Assembly (NCBI GenBank): GCA_001782165.1
Contig: MFNV01000002.1
Span: 81,002-145,001, forward strand
DNA length: 64,000 nucleotides
DNA from: Candidatus Levybacteria bacterium RIFCSPHIGHO2_01_FULL_41_15
Lineage (GTDB): Bacteria > Patescibacteriota > Microgenomatia > Levybacterales > UBA12049
Direction of reading: 5' to 3'
The notes beneath the pieces are model-generated. The model searched no databases, was not told the origin of the DNA, and saw only the letters and a list, made by a program, of their open reading frames with translations. Made by a program: the position numbers and the translations under genes. Shown piece by piece: positions 28,126-38,347 of the stretch. The stretch's first letter is position 1. Each line of letters opens with the position of its first letter.

Positions 28126-29520
28126 ATGCCGCATCTTAAGAGGACCATGTTCCGTGAATATGATCTTCGCGGACGAGAGTCAGACGATGAGCTCAACGAC
28201 ACCTCCTTGTATTATCTAGGCCGCGGATTTGGAGCATTTCTTAAAAAAAGAAATTTAAATGAAACTGTTGTCGGCCATGACGCAAGAGCAACATCGGAAA
28301 GTTTCCACGCAAGTATGGTAAAGGGCCTCATTGAATCGGGAATCAATGTTACTGATATTGGAACCGTTACTACGCCTATGAGCTATTGGTCCCAGTATTT
28401 CCTCAGCATAAAGGGTTTGGTGATGATTACGGCAAGTCATAATCCTGCCGGATGGAACGGAGTTAAATTTGGAACTGATTTTTCATATACTTTATTGACC
28501 GACGAACTTGCGGAGCTTTATGATATTGTAGCAAAAGAAAATTTTGTAAACGGGCAGGGGAAAACTACCAAAAAAGATATTAAAGAGAAATATATAAATG
28601 ATTTACTTTCAAAAGCATTTATAACAAAAAAATTTAGAGTATTGGTAAACACAGGGAATGGAACCGCGGGTTTTTTTGCTCCTGAGCTTTTAAGAAAAGC
28701 AAGGTGTGAAGTTGTTGAACATTTTACCAAAGTTGATCCGACCTACCCAAACTACACCCCCAACCCAGACGGTTTATCAATGATGGAAGATACAGGGAGA
28801 GAAACAGTAAAAAATAAGTGTGATCTTGGTTTTGCCATTGACGGCGATGGGGACAGATTAGGTATGGTAGATGAAAAAGGAAATATAATCTGGCCGGACA
28901 GATATATTATTCTCCTTTCACGCTTGGTATTATCAAAGCACCCCGGAGCAAAAATCGTTTTTGATGTAAAGGTATCAGAAGCGTTGCCTGAGGATATAAG
29001 AGCCCATGGAGGAATTCCAATAATGTGGAAAACAGGCCACTCTTATATAAAAGCAAAGCTTTCGGAGGAAAAAGCTGCAATGGCAGGAGAGATGAGCGGA
29101 CATATTTTCTTTGTTGACGATTTTTACGGATTTGATGATGCTTTTTTTGCAGCACTTAAAATTCTTGAATATCTTTCCTCCCAAAACAAACCTCTTTCTG
29201 AGATTATTTCCTCAACTCCCTACTATGTCTCGACTCCAACAATCCAGGTGAAGACAACCGACGAAGACAAGTATAATGTTGTTGAGAAAATAACTAAAGA
29301 ATTTAAAGAGGAGGGATATAAAATTATCGATATAAACGGGGCACGAGTTTACTTAAATAGTGGATGGGGACTGGTGCGCGCATCCTCTAATACACCAACT
29401 TTAGTTTTAAGATTTGAGGCAAAGACAGAGGAAGAACTGGACAAAATAAAATTATTGTTTAAAAAGAAACTGGATAGATTCGATGTTGTTAGTAAAAACT
29501 GGGACACTTCAGGGCACTAA
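28126..29520 (+). CDS. phosphomannomutase/phosphoglucomutase (alpha-D-phosphohexomutase)
   Basis: Active-site TASHNPAGWNGVKF, metal loop AIDGDGDRLGMVD, sugar-binding GEMSGHIFF. 464 aa. Confidence 0.85.
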   Translation: MPHLKRTMFREYDLRGRESDDELNDTSLYYLGRGFGAFLKKRNLNETVVGHDARATSESFHASMVKGLIESGINVTDIGTVTTPMSYWSQYFLSIKGLVMITASHNPAGWNGVKFGTDFSYTLLTDELAELYDIVAKENFVNGQGKTTKKDIKEKYINDLLSKAFITKKFRVLVNTGNGTAGFFAPELLRKARCEVVEHFTKVDPTYPNYTPNPDGLSMMEDTGRETVKNKCDLGFAIDGDGDRLGMVDEKGNIIWPDRYIILLSRLVLSKHPGAKIVFDVKVSEALPEDIRAHGGIPIMWKTGHSYIKAKLSEEKAAMAGEMSGHIFFVDDFYGFDDAFFAALKILEYLSSQNKPLSEIISSTPYYVSTPTIQVKTTDEDKYNVVEKITKEFKEEGYKIIDINGARVYLNSGWGLVRASSNTPTLVLRFEAKTEEELDKIKLLFKKKLDRFDVVSKNWDTSGH

Positions 29521-29522
29521 TT

Positions 29523-30569
29523 ATGATTGATCTTACAAACATGGAAGAGATAAAAAAATTGGATCCAAAGAATGTCTATGAATCGACAGAGATGTTTGTT
29601 GATCAATGCGAGCAAATATGGACAGATGTTAAAAATATAACGTACCCGCAGGAATATAATCAGATTAAAAACGTTGTCATTTGCGGAATGGGTGGATCAT
29701 CATATGGCGGAAGAATAATTCAAAATCTTTTTAAAGAAACTTTAACAATTCCCGTTTACATCAATGATGATTATAATCTTCCTGCCTATGTTGGAAGATC
29801 TTCGCTTGTTTTACTTAGTAGTTATTCCGGCACAACAAAAGAGGTACTTTCAGCAGGTAAAATAGCATTAGCTAAGGATGCAAAGGTAACATGGATAGCA
29901 AGTAATAATTCATTAGCGAAGCTCTTAAACATAGATAGCTTACCAGGAGTTGTTTTTGATCCCCGATACAACCCTTGTGGTCAACCTCGCTTAGGCACTG
30001 GCTATAGTATCTTAGGTGCTATAGCAATTCTTAATCAAATTGGTTTAGTGCGGATCGAAGATAGAGTTATCCAGCGGACAATTGATGAACTGCGAAGAGA
30101 AAAAGAAAAGATTAAATCGCAAGCAATAGAATTTGCAAAAAAGATTTTTGAGGGTATACCCGTTATTTTTGCTGCGGAGTTCCTAAAAGGAAATGCCTAC
30201 GTACTACGCAATCAAATAAACGAAACAGCAAAAAGTTTTTCTTCATTTAACGAATTGCCTGATCTTAACCATCATCTAATGGAAGGGCTAAAAAATCCAA
30301 CAGATAAAAAACTTATTGTGCTTTTTTTGTCTTCAGATCTTTATTCAGATGATTTGAAAAAGCGAATTACCCTAACAAAAGAAGTTGTCAAAAAAAACAG
30401 CATTCCAGTATTGGAGTATCAACCGCAAGGACGAGAAAAAATTTCCCAGATTCTCGATTTGCTTTTTTTTGGTGGATACCTAGCACTATATTTGTCATTT
30501 CTATATGGGCAGGATCCGGGTCTTATTCCATGGGTTGATTATTTTAAAACAGAGCTTTCTAAAAAGTAG
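29523..30569 (+). CDS. bifunctional phosphoglucose/phosphomannose isomerase (archaeal-type SIS-domain PGI/PMI)
   Basis: VVICGMGGSSYGGRII SIS motif, two SIS-like halves, 348 aa. Adjacent to the phosphohexomutase. Confidence 0.65.
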   Translation: MIDLTNMEEIKKLDPKNVYESTEMFVDQCEQIWTDVKNITYPQEYNQIKNVVICGMGGSSYGGRIIQNLFKETLTIPVYINDDYNLPAYVGRSSLVLLSSYSGTTKEVLSAGKIALAKDAKVTWIASNNSLAKLLNIDSLPGVVFDPRYNPCGQPRLGTGYSILGAIAILNQIGLVRIEDRVIQRTIDELRREKEKIKSQAIEFAKKIFEGIPVIFAAEFLKGNAYVLRNQINETAKSFSSFNELPDLNHHLMEGLKNPTDKKLIVLFLSSDLYSDDLKKRITLTKEVVKKNSIPVLEYQPQGREKISQILDLLFFGGYLALYLSFLYGQDPGLIPWVDYFKTELSKK

Positions 30570-30615
30570 CTTGAATTTTACCTCTTATTAAACATAAAAT
30601 AATATATACCTGTCT

Positions 30616-31884
30616 ATGTCAAAAATCAAAAGCATAACAGCTCGGGAAATACTGAATTCAAAAGGGATACCCACAGTAGAAGCAATAGTTACGTTGTCAA
30701 ACGGAGTTGTAGCTTCTGCATCAGTGCCGGGAAGGACATCGGTCGGGGGATTTGAGGCAGCCGAAATAACAGACGGTGATCCACAGAGGTTCAACGGTAA
30801 AGGAGTCAAAAAAGTTGTGTCAAATGTAGTAGATATCATATCACCAAAACTTATAGGACTGGAATCAGATAAACAGCAGGAAATTGACAGAATTATGATA
30901 GAACTTGACGGAACCCAGAATAAATCAAGACTTGGAGTAAATAGCATTCTTCCGGTCTCTATGGCTATTGCTAAGGCTTCGGCCAGAAACTATCTCCTGC
31001 CTCTTTTTGCTTACTTAAAAGAGCATATTAACAAACAAAATTTGGCGCTTAAGATTCCTACTCCTTGTTTTAATATCTTCAACGGGGGAAGAATTGCGGG
31101 GGGGAATCTTGACTTTCAGTCTTTTCTTCTTATTCCGGCAACTTCAAAGGGCTATCCTGAAGCACTCCAAATAGGAGTAAACACTTACAGTCTTATTAAA
31201 TCAGCCTTAGAGTTTAAAAACTTGCCTACTCTTATAGGCGATGAAGGGGGATTCGGGCCCAGTCTCCCAAGCAATGAGGATGGCTTTAATATTCTAAAGC
31301 AAACAATTGAAAACACTTCCCTAAGACTTGGCTTTGATGTTTTCTTAGGACTTGACGCATCAGCAAACAATTTCTATTCGGAAAAGAAATATAAAATTAA
31401 GGACAGCGTAATGCAGCTTACGACTCAGGACCTTATTGACTATTATTCTCAGTTAGATAAGAAGTTCCGCATATTATATCTTGAAGACCCCTTATACGAG
31501 GAGGATTGGGACGGATGGGCTGAGCTTTCTGAGAAAATTTCTCAAAATACCATAATCGTAGGCGATCACCTAACATCAACTAATCCCTTTAGACTCCAGA
31601 CTGCATTAGACAAGAAGGCAATATCGGGTATCGTGATAAAACCCAGTCAGGTAGGGACGGTTATGGAATCTTTGGCGGTAATCGAAGTAGCGCGTCAAGC
31701 CGGTCTTAAAATTATTGTTTCATCGACAAGTGCGGAGACTACAGATGATTTTATTGCAGATTTTTCTGTCGCGGTATCAGCCGATTATGTCAAATTCGGC
31801 GCGCCCTCAAGGGGAGAGAACGTTTCAAAATATAACAGGCTTCTTGCAATAAATGATGAAATTAAAAACCTTAAATCAACTTAA
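30616..31884 (+). CDS. eno: enolase (phosphopyruvate hydratase), divergent
   Basis: N-terminal SITAREILNSKGIPTVEA, IKPSQVGTVMES (KxNQIGT), C-terminal KFGAPSRGENVSKYNRLLAINDEI. The canonical SHRSGETED loop reads SSTSAETTD. Confidence 0.75.
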   Translation: MSKIKSITAREILNSKGIPTVEAIVTLSNGVVASASVPGRTSVGGFEAAEITDGDPQRFNGKGVKKVVSNVVDIISPKLIGLESDKQQEIDRIMIELDGTQNKSRLGVNSILPVSMAIAKASARNYLLPLFAYLKEHINKQNLALKIPTPCFNIFNGGRIAGGNLDFQSFLLIPATSKGYPEALQIGVNTYSLIKSALEFKNLPTLIGDEGGFGPSLPSNEDGFNILKQTIENTSLRLGFDVFLGLDASANNFYSEKKYKIKDSVMQLTTQDLIDYYSQLDKKFRILYLEDPLYEEDWDGWAELSEKISQNTIIVGDHLTSTNPFRLQTALDKKAISGIVIKPSQVGTVMESLAVIEVARQAGLKIIVSSTSAETTDDFIADFSVAVSADYVKFGAPSRGENVSKYNRLLAINDEIKNLKST

Positions 31885-32583
31885 CACAATTGTAAATTCT
31901 CCCTTGGGATTATTTTTGCCGTAGAAATTAAGAAATTCAGATATTTTTCTTTTTTTTGTCTCTTCATGGATTTTCGTCATTTCACGAGCTATAACTATTT
32001 CTATATCACCAAAAATTTCTTTAATTTCGGATAGGGTTTTGAGTAGCTTATGAGGAGCCTCATAGAAAATTATGGTAAATTTTAAATATTTTTTTGCCTT
32101 AAGGATACTTTTAAAAAATCTACTTCTATTCCCCTTTTTCCGAGGAGGGTAACCTGCAAAGAGAAATTTATCTGTCGGAAGACCTGAAGAAACAAGTGCC
32201 GAAATCAAAGCTGAAGGACCCGGAATTGATATGATTTTTATGCCGCAATTTATGCATTCTCTGACGAGCTTAAATCCGGGATCCGAAATTGCAGGGGTTC
32301 CCGCATCAGAGATAAGAGATATCTTCAGTCCGTTTTTAAGGCCGTTTATCAGTTGGCTTATTCTTTTCATTTCAATTTGTTCATAGTATGAAATAAGCTC
32401 GGGGCTTTTCCGGTTCTCTCCATAAATCTTTTGATAAATAGGTTTTATAGAGTTTAACAGTATCCCCGCTCTTCTGGTGTCCTCACAAGCTATTAAATCA
32501 GACTCAAGCAGAGTTTTTACCGCACGAAGAGAAATATCTTCCAAATTTCCTATTGGAGTTGCCACTAAATAAAGAATTCCCAT
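31876..32583 (-). CDS. rsmI: 16S rRNA (cytidine1402-2'-O)-methyltransferase
   Basis: MGILYLVATPIGNLEDISLRAVKTLLESDLIACEDTRRAGILL (RsmI tetrapyrrole-methylase-like signature). Confidence 0.88.
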   Translation of the reverse strand: MGILYLVATPIGNLEDISLRAVKTLLESDLIACEDTRRAGILLNSIKPIYQKIYGENRKSPELISYYEQIEMKRISQLINGLKNGLKISLISDAGTPAISDPGFKLVRECINCGIKIISIPGPSALISALVSSGLPTDKFLFAGYPPRKKGNRSRFFKSILKAKKYLKFTIIFYEAPHKLLKTLSEIKEIFGDIEIVIAREMTKIHEETKKRKISEFLNFYGKNNPKGEFTIVLS

Positions 32584-32618
32584 GAGGTAATTAAATCTAT
32601 TTTAGAAAAATAAAACAA

Positions 32619-33266
32619 TTAAAACTTTCTTACAAGACCAACAACCTTACCCTGAAGAATAAGTTTGTTTGGGTATATAGGATCCATCTGTGAATTGGCG
32701 GGCTTTAATACTACTCTTCCGTCTTCTTTATAATATTTTTTTAATGTTGCGAGGTTATCATCGACTATTGCAACTACTATATCCCCATTTGCTATATCAA
32801 TTTCTTTCTCAATAACCACATAATCTCCATCAAGTATCCCATCTTCTATTAAAGACGAACCTTTTATCTTAAGCACATAGGCAGTTCTTTTTCCGGAAAG
32901 AAGTGAAGCTGAAACCTGAAAAGTTGCGTTCGGATCTGTGTGGGGCTCCAGAGGTTTTCCCGCAGCTATATAGCCCATCAAAGGAAGATCTATAGAAGGC
33001 TGAACTCCCAGAAAATTCATTTTTACCTTGTCTTCAATAATCTTAAGAACCCTGGTATTTCCTTCTACTTTCTGCACATACCCTTTCTCCACCAAGGATC
33101 TTATGAGAGCGTGGATTGTCGATTTGCTTCTGTGATTGGTCGCCTTTGCAAGCTCAGAAAGAGTCGGAGAATATCCGTATTGGGCTTGAAATTGCGCAAG
33201 ATATTCCAGAAGCTCCCTTTCTTTCTTATATAGAACACCGGCCATACGTTCCGCTCCGCTCAGCAT
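32619..33266 (-). CDS. lexA: LexA repressor (SOS regulator, S24 peptidase)
   Basis: N-terminal wHTH (LSELAKATNHRSKSTIHALIRSLVEKGYV), AAG cleavage site (YIAAGKP), Ser/Lys dyad region (KGSSLIEDGI...ATLKKY). Confidence 0.85.
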   Translation of the reverse strand: MLSGAERMAGVLYKKERELLEYLAQFQAQYGYSPTLSELAKATNHRSKSTIHALIRSLVEKGYVQKVEGNTRVLKIIEDKVKMNFLGVQPSIDLPLMGYIAAGKPLEPHTDPNATFQVSASLLSGKRTAYVLKIKGSSLIEDGILDGDYVVIEKEIDIANGDIVVAIVDDNLATLKKYYKEDGRVVLKPANSQMDPIYPNKLILQGKVVGLVRKF

Positions 33267-33369
33267 GTTGAGTAAAATCGAAGCATATGAAATTTATACG
33301 AAAAATACACAAACTTATCAAGATGACAAATCTACTCAAAATACCTCAATAATGTTAAAATGAATCACC
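33267..33369. promoter_or_regulatory. divergent lexA / uvrB promoter-operator region
   Basis: 103-bp AT-rich spacer between divergently transcribed lexA and uvrB. Contains TATACGAAAAATACACAAAC, similar to TCGTAT-containing sequence upstream of dinB. Confidence 0.3.
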
Positions 33370-35373
33370 ATGAAATTTAAATTAATTTCAAACTTTTCTC
33401 CGACAGGAGATCAACCCCAAGCTATAAAAAAGCTCTCTGAAAACATTGGAAACAATACAAGGCATCAGGTTCTTCTTGGCGTGACAGGTTCGGGAAAAAC
33501 TTTCACTCTTGCGAATTTGATTGAGAAAGTCCAAAAGCCCACTCTTGTTATCTCTCATAACAAAACCCTTGCGGCGCAACTTTATCAAGAATTTAGGGAT
33601 TTTTTTCCAAATAATGCGGTTTGTTACTTCGTTTCTTATTATGATTATTACCAACCCGAGGCATATATTCCCCAGACAGATACATATATTGAAAAAGAAA
33701 CAGAAATAAACGAGGAAATAGATAAGCTTAGATTGTCGGCAACCGCAAATCTTTTAGCAAGAAACGATGTAATTGTGGTTGCATCCGTTTCCTGCATTTA
33801 TAATTTGGGATCACCTGTTGAATACGGTAAGTTTATTCTTGAGGCAAGAAAAGGAATGAGGGCATCATTGAGAAGCCTTGTGCTAAGACTTGCGGACCTT
33901 CAGTATGAAAGAAATGAATACACTGTAAAACGCGGAGTCTTCAGAGTAAGAGGCAGCAGCATTGATCTTTTCCCTTCATATTCCGACTTTGGGTTAAGAT
34001 TGGAAACCAAAGAAGACTTTCTGACAGGTATTCAAGAATTTGATCCTCTGACCGGAAATACTATCGCATCACCTCAGGCTTCTGTGATATACCCTGCAAA
34101 GCACTATATGACAGACCCTAAGACTTACGGGCAAGTTTTTAAAGAAATTAAAAAAGACCTTAAAAACAGAGTTTTAGAATTGCGAAATCAGGGAAAAGAG
34201 CTTGAAGCTCATAGACTTATTCAAAGAACCAATTTTGATCTTCAGATGATACGAGAGGTAGGATATGTAAACGGAATAGAAAATTATTCAAGGTACTTTG
34301 AAGGAAGAAATCCGGGAGAACCTCCTTATACCCTTCTTGATTATTTTGATCAAGGACGCCCCAGTAAAGACTGGCTTTGCATAATAGATGAATCGCATAT
34401 CAGTCTACCCCAAATCCGGGGAATGTATAGAGGCGATAGGGCAAGAAAAGAAGTTCTTATAGATTATGGATTTAGGCTTGCCTCAGCTCTTGATAACAGG
34501 CCCCTAAAATTTGAAGAATTCAATCGAAAAATGCCGCAATTTATCTATGTAAGCGCAACCCCCTCAGATTATGAGCTGTCTTTGGCAAAAGAATATAAAA
34601 ACGGAGTAGTCCAACAATTAATAAGGCCGACCGGACTCATCGATCCGAAGATCACCATTAAACCTGCTAAGGGACAGATTAATGGTCTCATATCAGAAAT
34701 TAAAAAAAGGGCAAAAAAGAAGGAGAGAACTTTGGTTACAACACTTACCAAAAGGATGGCAGAAGATTTGTCATCGTTTCTTGAGGCAAAAGGATTAAAA
34801 ATTTCGTACCTTCATTCCGATATTGCAACCTTAGACCGTCAGGATGTGTTGGATAAACTTCGCCTCGGTGATTACGATGTAATAGTCGGAATAAATCTCT
34901 TAAGAGAAGGCCTTGATCTTCCCGAAGTCTCATTGGTAGCAATTCTTGATGCGGACAAAGAGGGATTCCTAAGGAGCAAAACGTCTTTGATTCAAACAAT
35001 GGGAAGAGCGGCAAGACACATAAATGCCGAGGTTATATTGTATGCGGATAATATAACTTCTTCTATGAGTAGAGCAATAAAAGAAGTTAAGAGAAGAAGA
35101 GCTATTCAAATTGCTTACAATAAAAAACATAACATAAAACCTAAAGGAATAAAAAAAGAAATTAGGGCAAAACTTGTTGAAAAAGAAGAGGTCGAGGATA
35201 AGGATCTTGATGTCCTTCTTTCTCTGTCTTCAAAAGAAGTCATGCTTGCGGATGAGAAAGAAATCCTAATCCGCAAACTCACATCTGAAATGAGAAAGTC
35301 GGCAAGAGAACTTGATTTTGAAAAAGCCGCAAGGATAAGAGATAGAATTAGGATTCTAAAGGAAGACTACTGA
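33370..35373 (+). CDS. uvrB: excinuclease ABC subunit B
   Basis: Helicase motifs GVTGSGKT and DESH, beta-hairpin region, C-terminal UVR domain (EKAARIRDRIRILKE). 667 aa. Confidence 0.97.
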   Translation: MKFKLISNFSPTGDQPQAIKKLSENIGNNTRHQVLLGVTGSGKTFTLANLIEKVQKPTLVISHNKTLAAQLYQEFRDFFPNNAVCYFVSYYDYYQPEAYIPQTDTYIEKETEINEEIDKLRLSATANLLARNDVIVVASVSCIYNLGSPVEYGKFILEARKGMRASLRSLVLRLADLQYERNEYTVKRGVFRVRGSSIDLFPSYSDFGLRLETKEDFLTGIQEFDPLTGNTIASPQASVIYPAKHYMTDPKTYGQVFKEIKKDLKNRVLELRNQGKELEAHRLIQRTNFDLQMIREVGYVNGIENYSRYFEGRNPGEPPYTLLDYFDQGRPSKDWLCIIDESHISLPQIRGMYRGDRARKEVLIDYGFRLASALDNRPLKFEEFNRKMPQFIYVSATPSDYELSLAKEYKNGVVQQLIRPTGLIDPKITIKPAKGQINGLISEIKKRAKKKERTLVTTLTKRMAEDLSSFLEAKGLKISYLHSDIATLDRQDVLDKLRLGDYDVIVGINLLREGLDLPEVSLVAILDADKEGFLRSKTSLIQTMGRAARHINAEVILYADNITSSMSRAIKEVKRRRAIQIAYNKKHNIKPKGIKKEIRAKLVEKEEVEDKDLDVLLSLSSKEVMLADEKEILIRKLTSEMRKSARELDFEKAARIRDRIRILKEDY

Positions 35374-35729
35374 CTGATATTTTTTACAAGCTCTATGCTT
35401 TCCAAACTTTTATCATGGTAAAGTTTTACCGAAACAGCATCTATCCGAAGGCTGTCAGGAAGATTCTTGTTCATAGTTTTATAAAAAACCGCAGTTTTTG
35501 TAATGCTTCTTAGTTTCCAAGGTGTTATTGACTCAAGGGGGGTTCCATATAGATTTCCTATCCTGGTTTTCACTTCAACAAAAACCAGGGACTCTTTTTC
35601 AATAGCAACGATATCCAGCTCTCCGTATCCTTTTCGGAAATTCCTTTCTATTATTCTGTAGCCCTTTTTTTGAAGATATTTGCAGGCTAAATCTTCGCCT
35701 ATTTTGGCTATGGGATTTGCAACCCTCAT
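35367..35729 (-). CDS. yraN: YraN family endonuclease (UPF0102)
   Basis: GEDLACKYLQKKGYRIIERNFRKGYGELDIVAIEKESLVFVEVKTR matches UPF0102. Confidence 0.85.
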   Translation of the reverse strand: MRVANPIAKIGEDLACKYLQKKGYRIIERNFRKGYGELDIVAIEKESLVFVEVKTRIGNLYGTPLESITPWKLRSITKTAVFYKTMNKNLPDSLRIDAVSVKLYHDKSLESIELVKNISQ

Positions 35730-35731
35730 TT

Positions 35732-36016
35732 TTAAGACTTTCTTAGATACGTCAACTTTGCTCTTCTCACTCTTTTTTTAGGATGGGACTTTACCGCCAC
35801 TTTCTCCAAAGAAGGAGAGTCTAACGGCCATATCCTTTCAACAGCCACATCTGCGACAATTTTTCTTACTGTAAATGTCTTATCTTCTCCCCTTCCTCTT
35901 ATCTTAAGAACAGTGCCTTCAAAAATTTGGGTCCTTATTTTTGAGTCCTCTTTAATTTTTTGATAAACTTTTACAATGTCCCCTGGTGCAAAATTCAAAT
36001 CTATCATAAGGATCAA
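35732..36016 (-). CDS. rplS: 50S ribosomal protein L19
   Basis: FAPGDIVKVYQKI...QIFEGTVLKIRGRGEDKTFTVRKI...VERIWPLDSP...RRAKLTYLR. Confidence 0.9.
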   Translation of the reverse strand: MILMIDLNFAPGDIVKVYQKIKEDSKIRTQIFEGTVLKIRGRGEDKTFTVRKIVADVAVERIWPLDSPSLEKVAVKSHPKKRVRRAKLTYLRKS

Positions 36017-36039
36017 TTATAGCTTAAGCTTAGGTCTTT

Positions 36040-37845
36040 TTACAAGCCCGCTTTGTTCGCCTTGTGCCGGAGAGTGCTGGAGAGGCAGGCTTCAATAAAG
36101 GCAAGAAAAATTGGATGAGGAGTTAAGGGTCTGCTTTTATACTCTGGATGACCCTGTGTTCCAAGATAGAATGGGTGTTTGTCTTTGGGCAATTCTATAA
36201 TCTCAGCAAGTTTTTCTACAACCGATCTTGCCGAAATCATCAATCCATTTTTTTCAAAATCACCCGTATATTTATCGTTAAACTCATACCTATGTCTATG
36301 TCGCTCTGATGTAAGGTTTTTACTTTTATTAACAAACCCATTGTATTTGTCATATATTTCATAAGCTCTTGTGCCTTTTTTGACTATCGCATCCCATGCT
36401 CCAAGCCGCATGGTTCCTCCGTAGGCCCTTTTTTCCATATTTTTTTTTTGCTTGGGCATAAGGTGTATAACCGGATATTTTGTAAACTTGTTGTTTTCGG
36501 TAGTGTTTGCGTCTTTGAATCCTAAAACATCTCTTGCAAAAGAAACTACTGCAAGCTGCATTCCGTAGCAGAGTCCAAGGTAGGGAATTTTGTTTCTTCT
36601 GGCAAAGCCTGCGGCAATTATCATTCCCTCTGCTCCCCGCTTTCCCCAACCGATAGGAATTATTATGCCGTCCGGTTTATCTATAATTTGTTTCAAAGCT
36701 TCTTCCTTCTTGTTCTCCGAAGTTTTAGCGTAGAAGGATTCTATTTTTTCAGCATCAATCCATTTTGTTTTAACATCTGTGTTAAGATTCCATGCCGCAT
36801 GGTCTATAGCATCAAATAAAGCCGCGTATGAGTCTTTAAGCTGATAATCTCCTGTTCCGAAATATTTTCCCACAATCGCTATCTCTATGATCTTTTTTTT
36901 CTTTTTTTTGAGTCTCTCAAGTAAATTGCTCCATTTAACAAGATCGGGTTTTCTGATCTTAAGGCTTAATTTTTTCATAATTTTTTCATCAAGGCTCTGG
37001 GAATGAAGGATCATTGGAATTTCATAAATCGTTGGGATGTCGGGGCTTGAAATTATGTCTTCTGTATGCATGTTGCAGAAAAGCGCGAGTCTGTCTTTTC
37101 TTCTTTGATCAAGAAGTTTCTCAGACCTTGTAACAATAAAATCCGGTTGAATACCCATTGAGTTGAGCATTTTTACTGAAAGTTGAGTTGGCTTTGTCTT
37201 GGGTTCGCCTAAGTGGCCGGGGGTAGGAACATAAGTTACATGAACATGAACAACATCGCCGGGCTTTTTCAAAGTAAGAATTCTTGCCGCCTCATAGTAA
37301 AGGACGTTTTGATACTCTCCTGCTGTTCCTCCCAGTTCTATTATCGCGATATCCGAATTATTTTTTTTAACCAACCTATCAATTTTTTCTACCACCTCAT
37401 CGGTAATATATGGAATTGCCTCGACATCTTCACCATTGTATTCAAATCTTCTTTCTCTATCGATAACGGTTTTGTATATAAGACCCATTGTGACAAAGTT
37501 ATTTCTTCCCATATCCTCATGAAGAAACTTTTCATAGCTTCCTATATCCATATCCGCTTCAGTTCCGTCCTCGCAAAGAAAAGGATCCCCATGCTCGATG
37601 GGATTTATGGTACCCGCGTCAATGTTTAAATAGTTTTCAAACTTTATTGGAGAAACTTTATATCCTGCAGATTTCAGAAGAAAGGCAATAGAGGCTACTG
37701 TAGTTCCTTTGCCGATTCCCGAAATTACTCCTCCTGAGACAAAAATATACTTAGTTCTGAGCTTGCCTGTAGTGAGCTTGTCGAATCTATTTGATAGGGG
37801 CACAATTAATACTATCAAAACTATCCAGGCCCCGTCAATGGGCAT
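36040..37845 (-). CDS. pyrG: CTP synthase
   Basis: N-terminal synthetase domain (KYIFVSGGVISGIGKG), C-terminal GATase with GLCYGMQLAVV catalytic Cys and HPEY. 601 aa. Confidence 0.95.
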   Translation of the reverse strand: MPIDGAWIVLIVLIVPLSNRFDKLTTGKLRTKYIFVSGGVISGIGKGTTVASIAFLLKSAGYKVSPIKFENYLNIDAGTINPIEHGDPFLCEDGTEADMDIGSYEKFLHEDMGRNNFVTMGLIYKTVIDRERRFEYNGEDVEAIPYITDEVVEKIDRLVKKNNSDIAIIELGGTAGEYQNVLYYEAARILTLKKPGDVVHVHVTYVPTPGHLGEPKTKPTQLSVKMLNSMGIQPDFIVTRSEKLLDQRRKDRLALFCNMHTEDIISSPDIPTIYEIPMILHSQSLDEKIMKKLSLKIRKPDLVKWSNLLERLKKKKKKIIEIAIVGKYFGTGDYQLKDSYAALFDAIDHAAWNLNTDVKTKWIDAEKIESFYAKTSENKKEEALKQIIDKPDGIIIPIGWGKRGAEGMIIAAGFARRNKIPYLGLCYGMQLAVVSFARDVLGFKDANTTENNKFTKYPVIHLMPKQKKNMEKRAYGGTMRLGAWDAIVKKGTRAYEIYDKYNGFVNKSKNLTSERHRHRYEFNDKYTGDFEKNGLMISARSVVEKLAEIIELPKDKHPFYLGTQGHPEYKSRPLTPHPIFLAFIEACLSSTLRHKANKAGL

Positions 37846-37955
37846 TTTTCAACTCATTCCGTAAAACTCTCTCCGCTTTTTTCTATGGGTAACTTAAGTT
37901 ATATTATTTGTGTTAAAATTAAAAACTGAAACAAAATTTTGTAGTATAATCGCCT

Positions 37956-38267
37956 ATGAATGAGAGAAACAGGAGACTATTTGAGCGTGGCAAATCGTAT
38001 GTTTTGACTGCAAAATTAGTTTACGGGATGTATGTATTTATTACCGTAGCTTCTACAACTGCAATTGCCGTTTCCATCCCTTCTTCGGTTTTGGAGGTTC
38101 TTCCTAAATGGGCAAATATTGCGTTGGCAACTTCAGGCGGTTTGAATTTACCCAGCTTAACCGTAGCTTTACCCAAAATGAGAAGATGGATAAAAAATGC
38201 AGACAAGGAAATTAAAGATTTTAAAAGAACTCATATTAATGTTCCGGCCGGGTCCCAAAACAACTAG
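37956..38267 (+). CDS. hypothetical small protein (one predicted TM helix)
   Basis: 103-aa ORF preceded by a tttgtagTATAAT -10-like element. No recognisable motifs. Confidence 0.3.
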   Translation: MNERNRRLFERGKSYVLTAKLVYGMYVFITVASTTAIAVSIPSSVLEVLPKWANIALATSGGLNLPSLTVALPKMRRWIKNADKEIKDFKRTHINVPAGSQNN

Positions 38268-38347
38268 ATCCACTCATTTAAAATTCTTAAGAAAATGGGA
38301 ATAATTAAAAAATAAAAAATTATTCTGATTTGCTATAATAATTAAGC

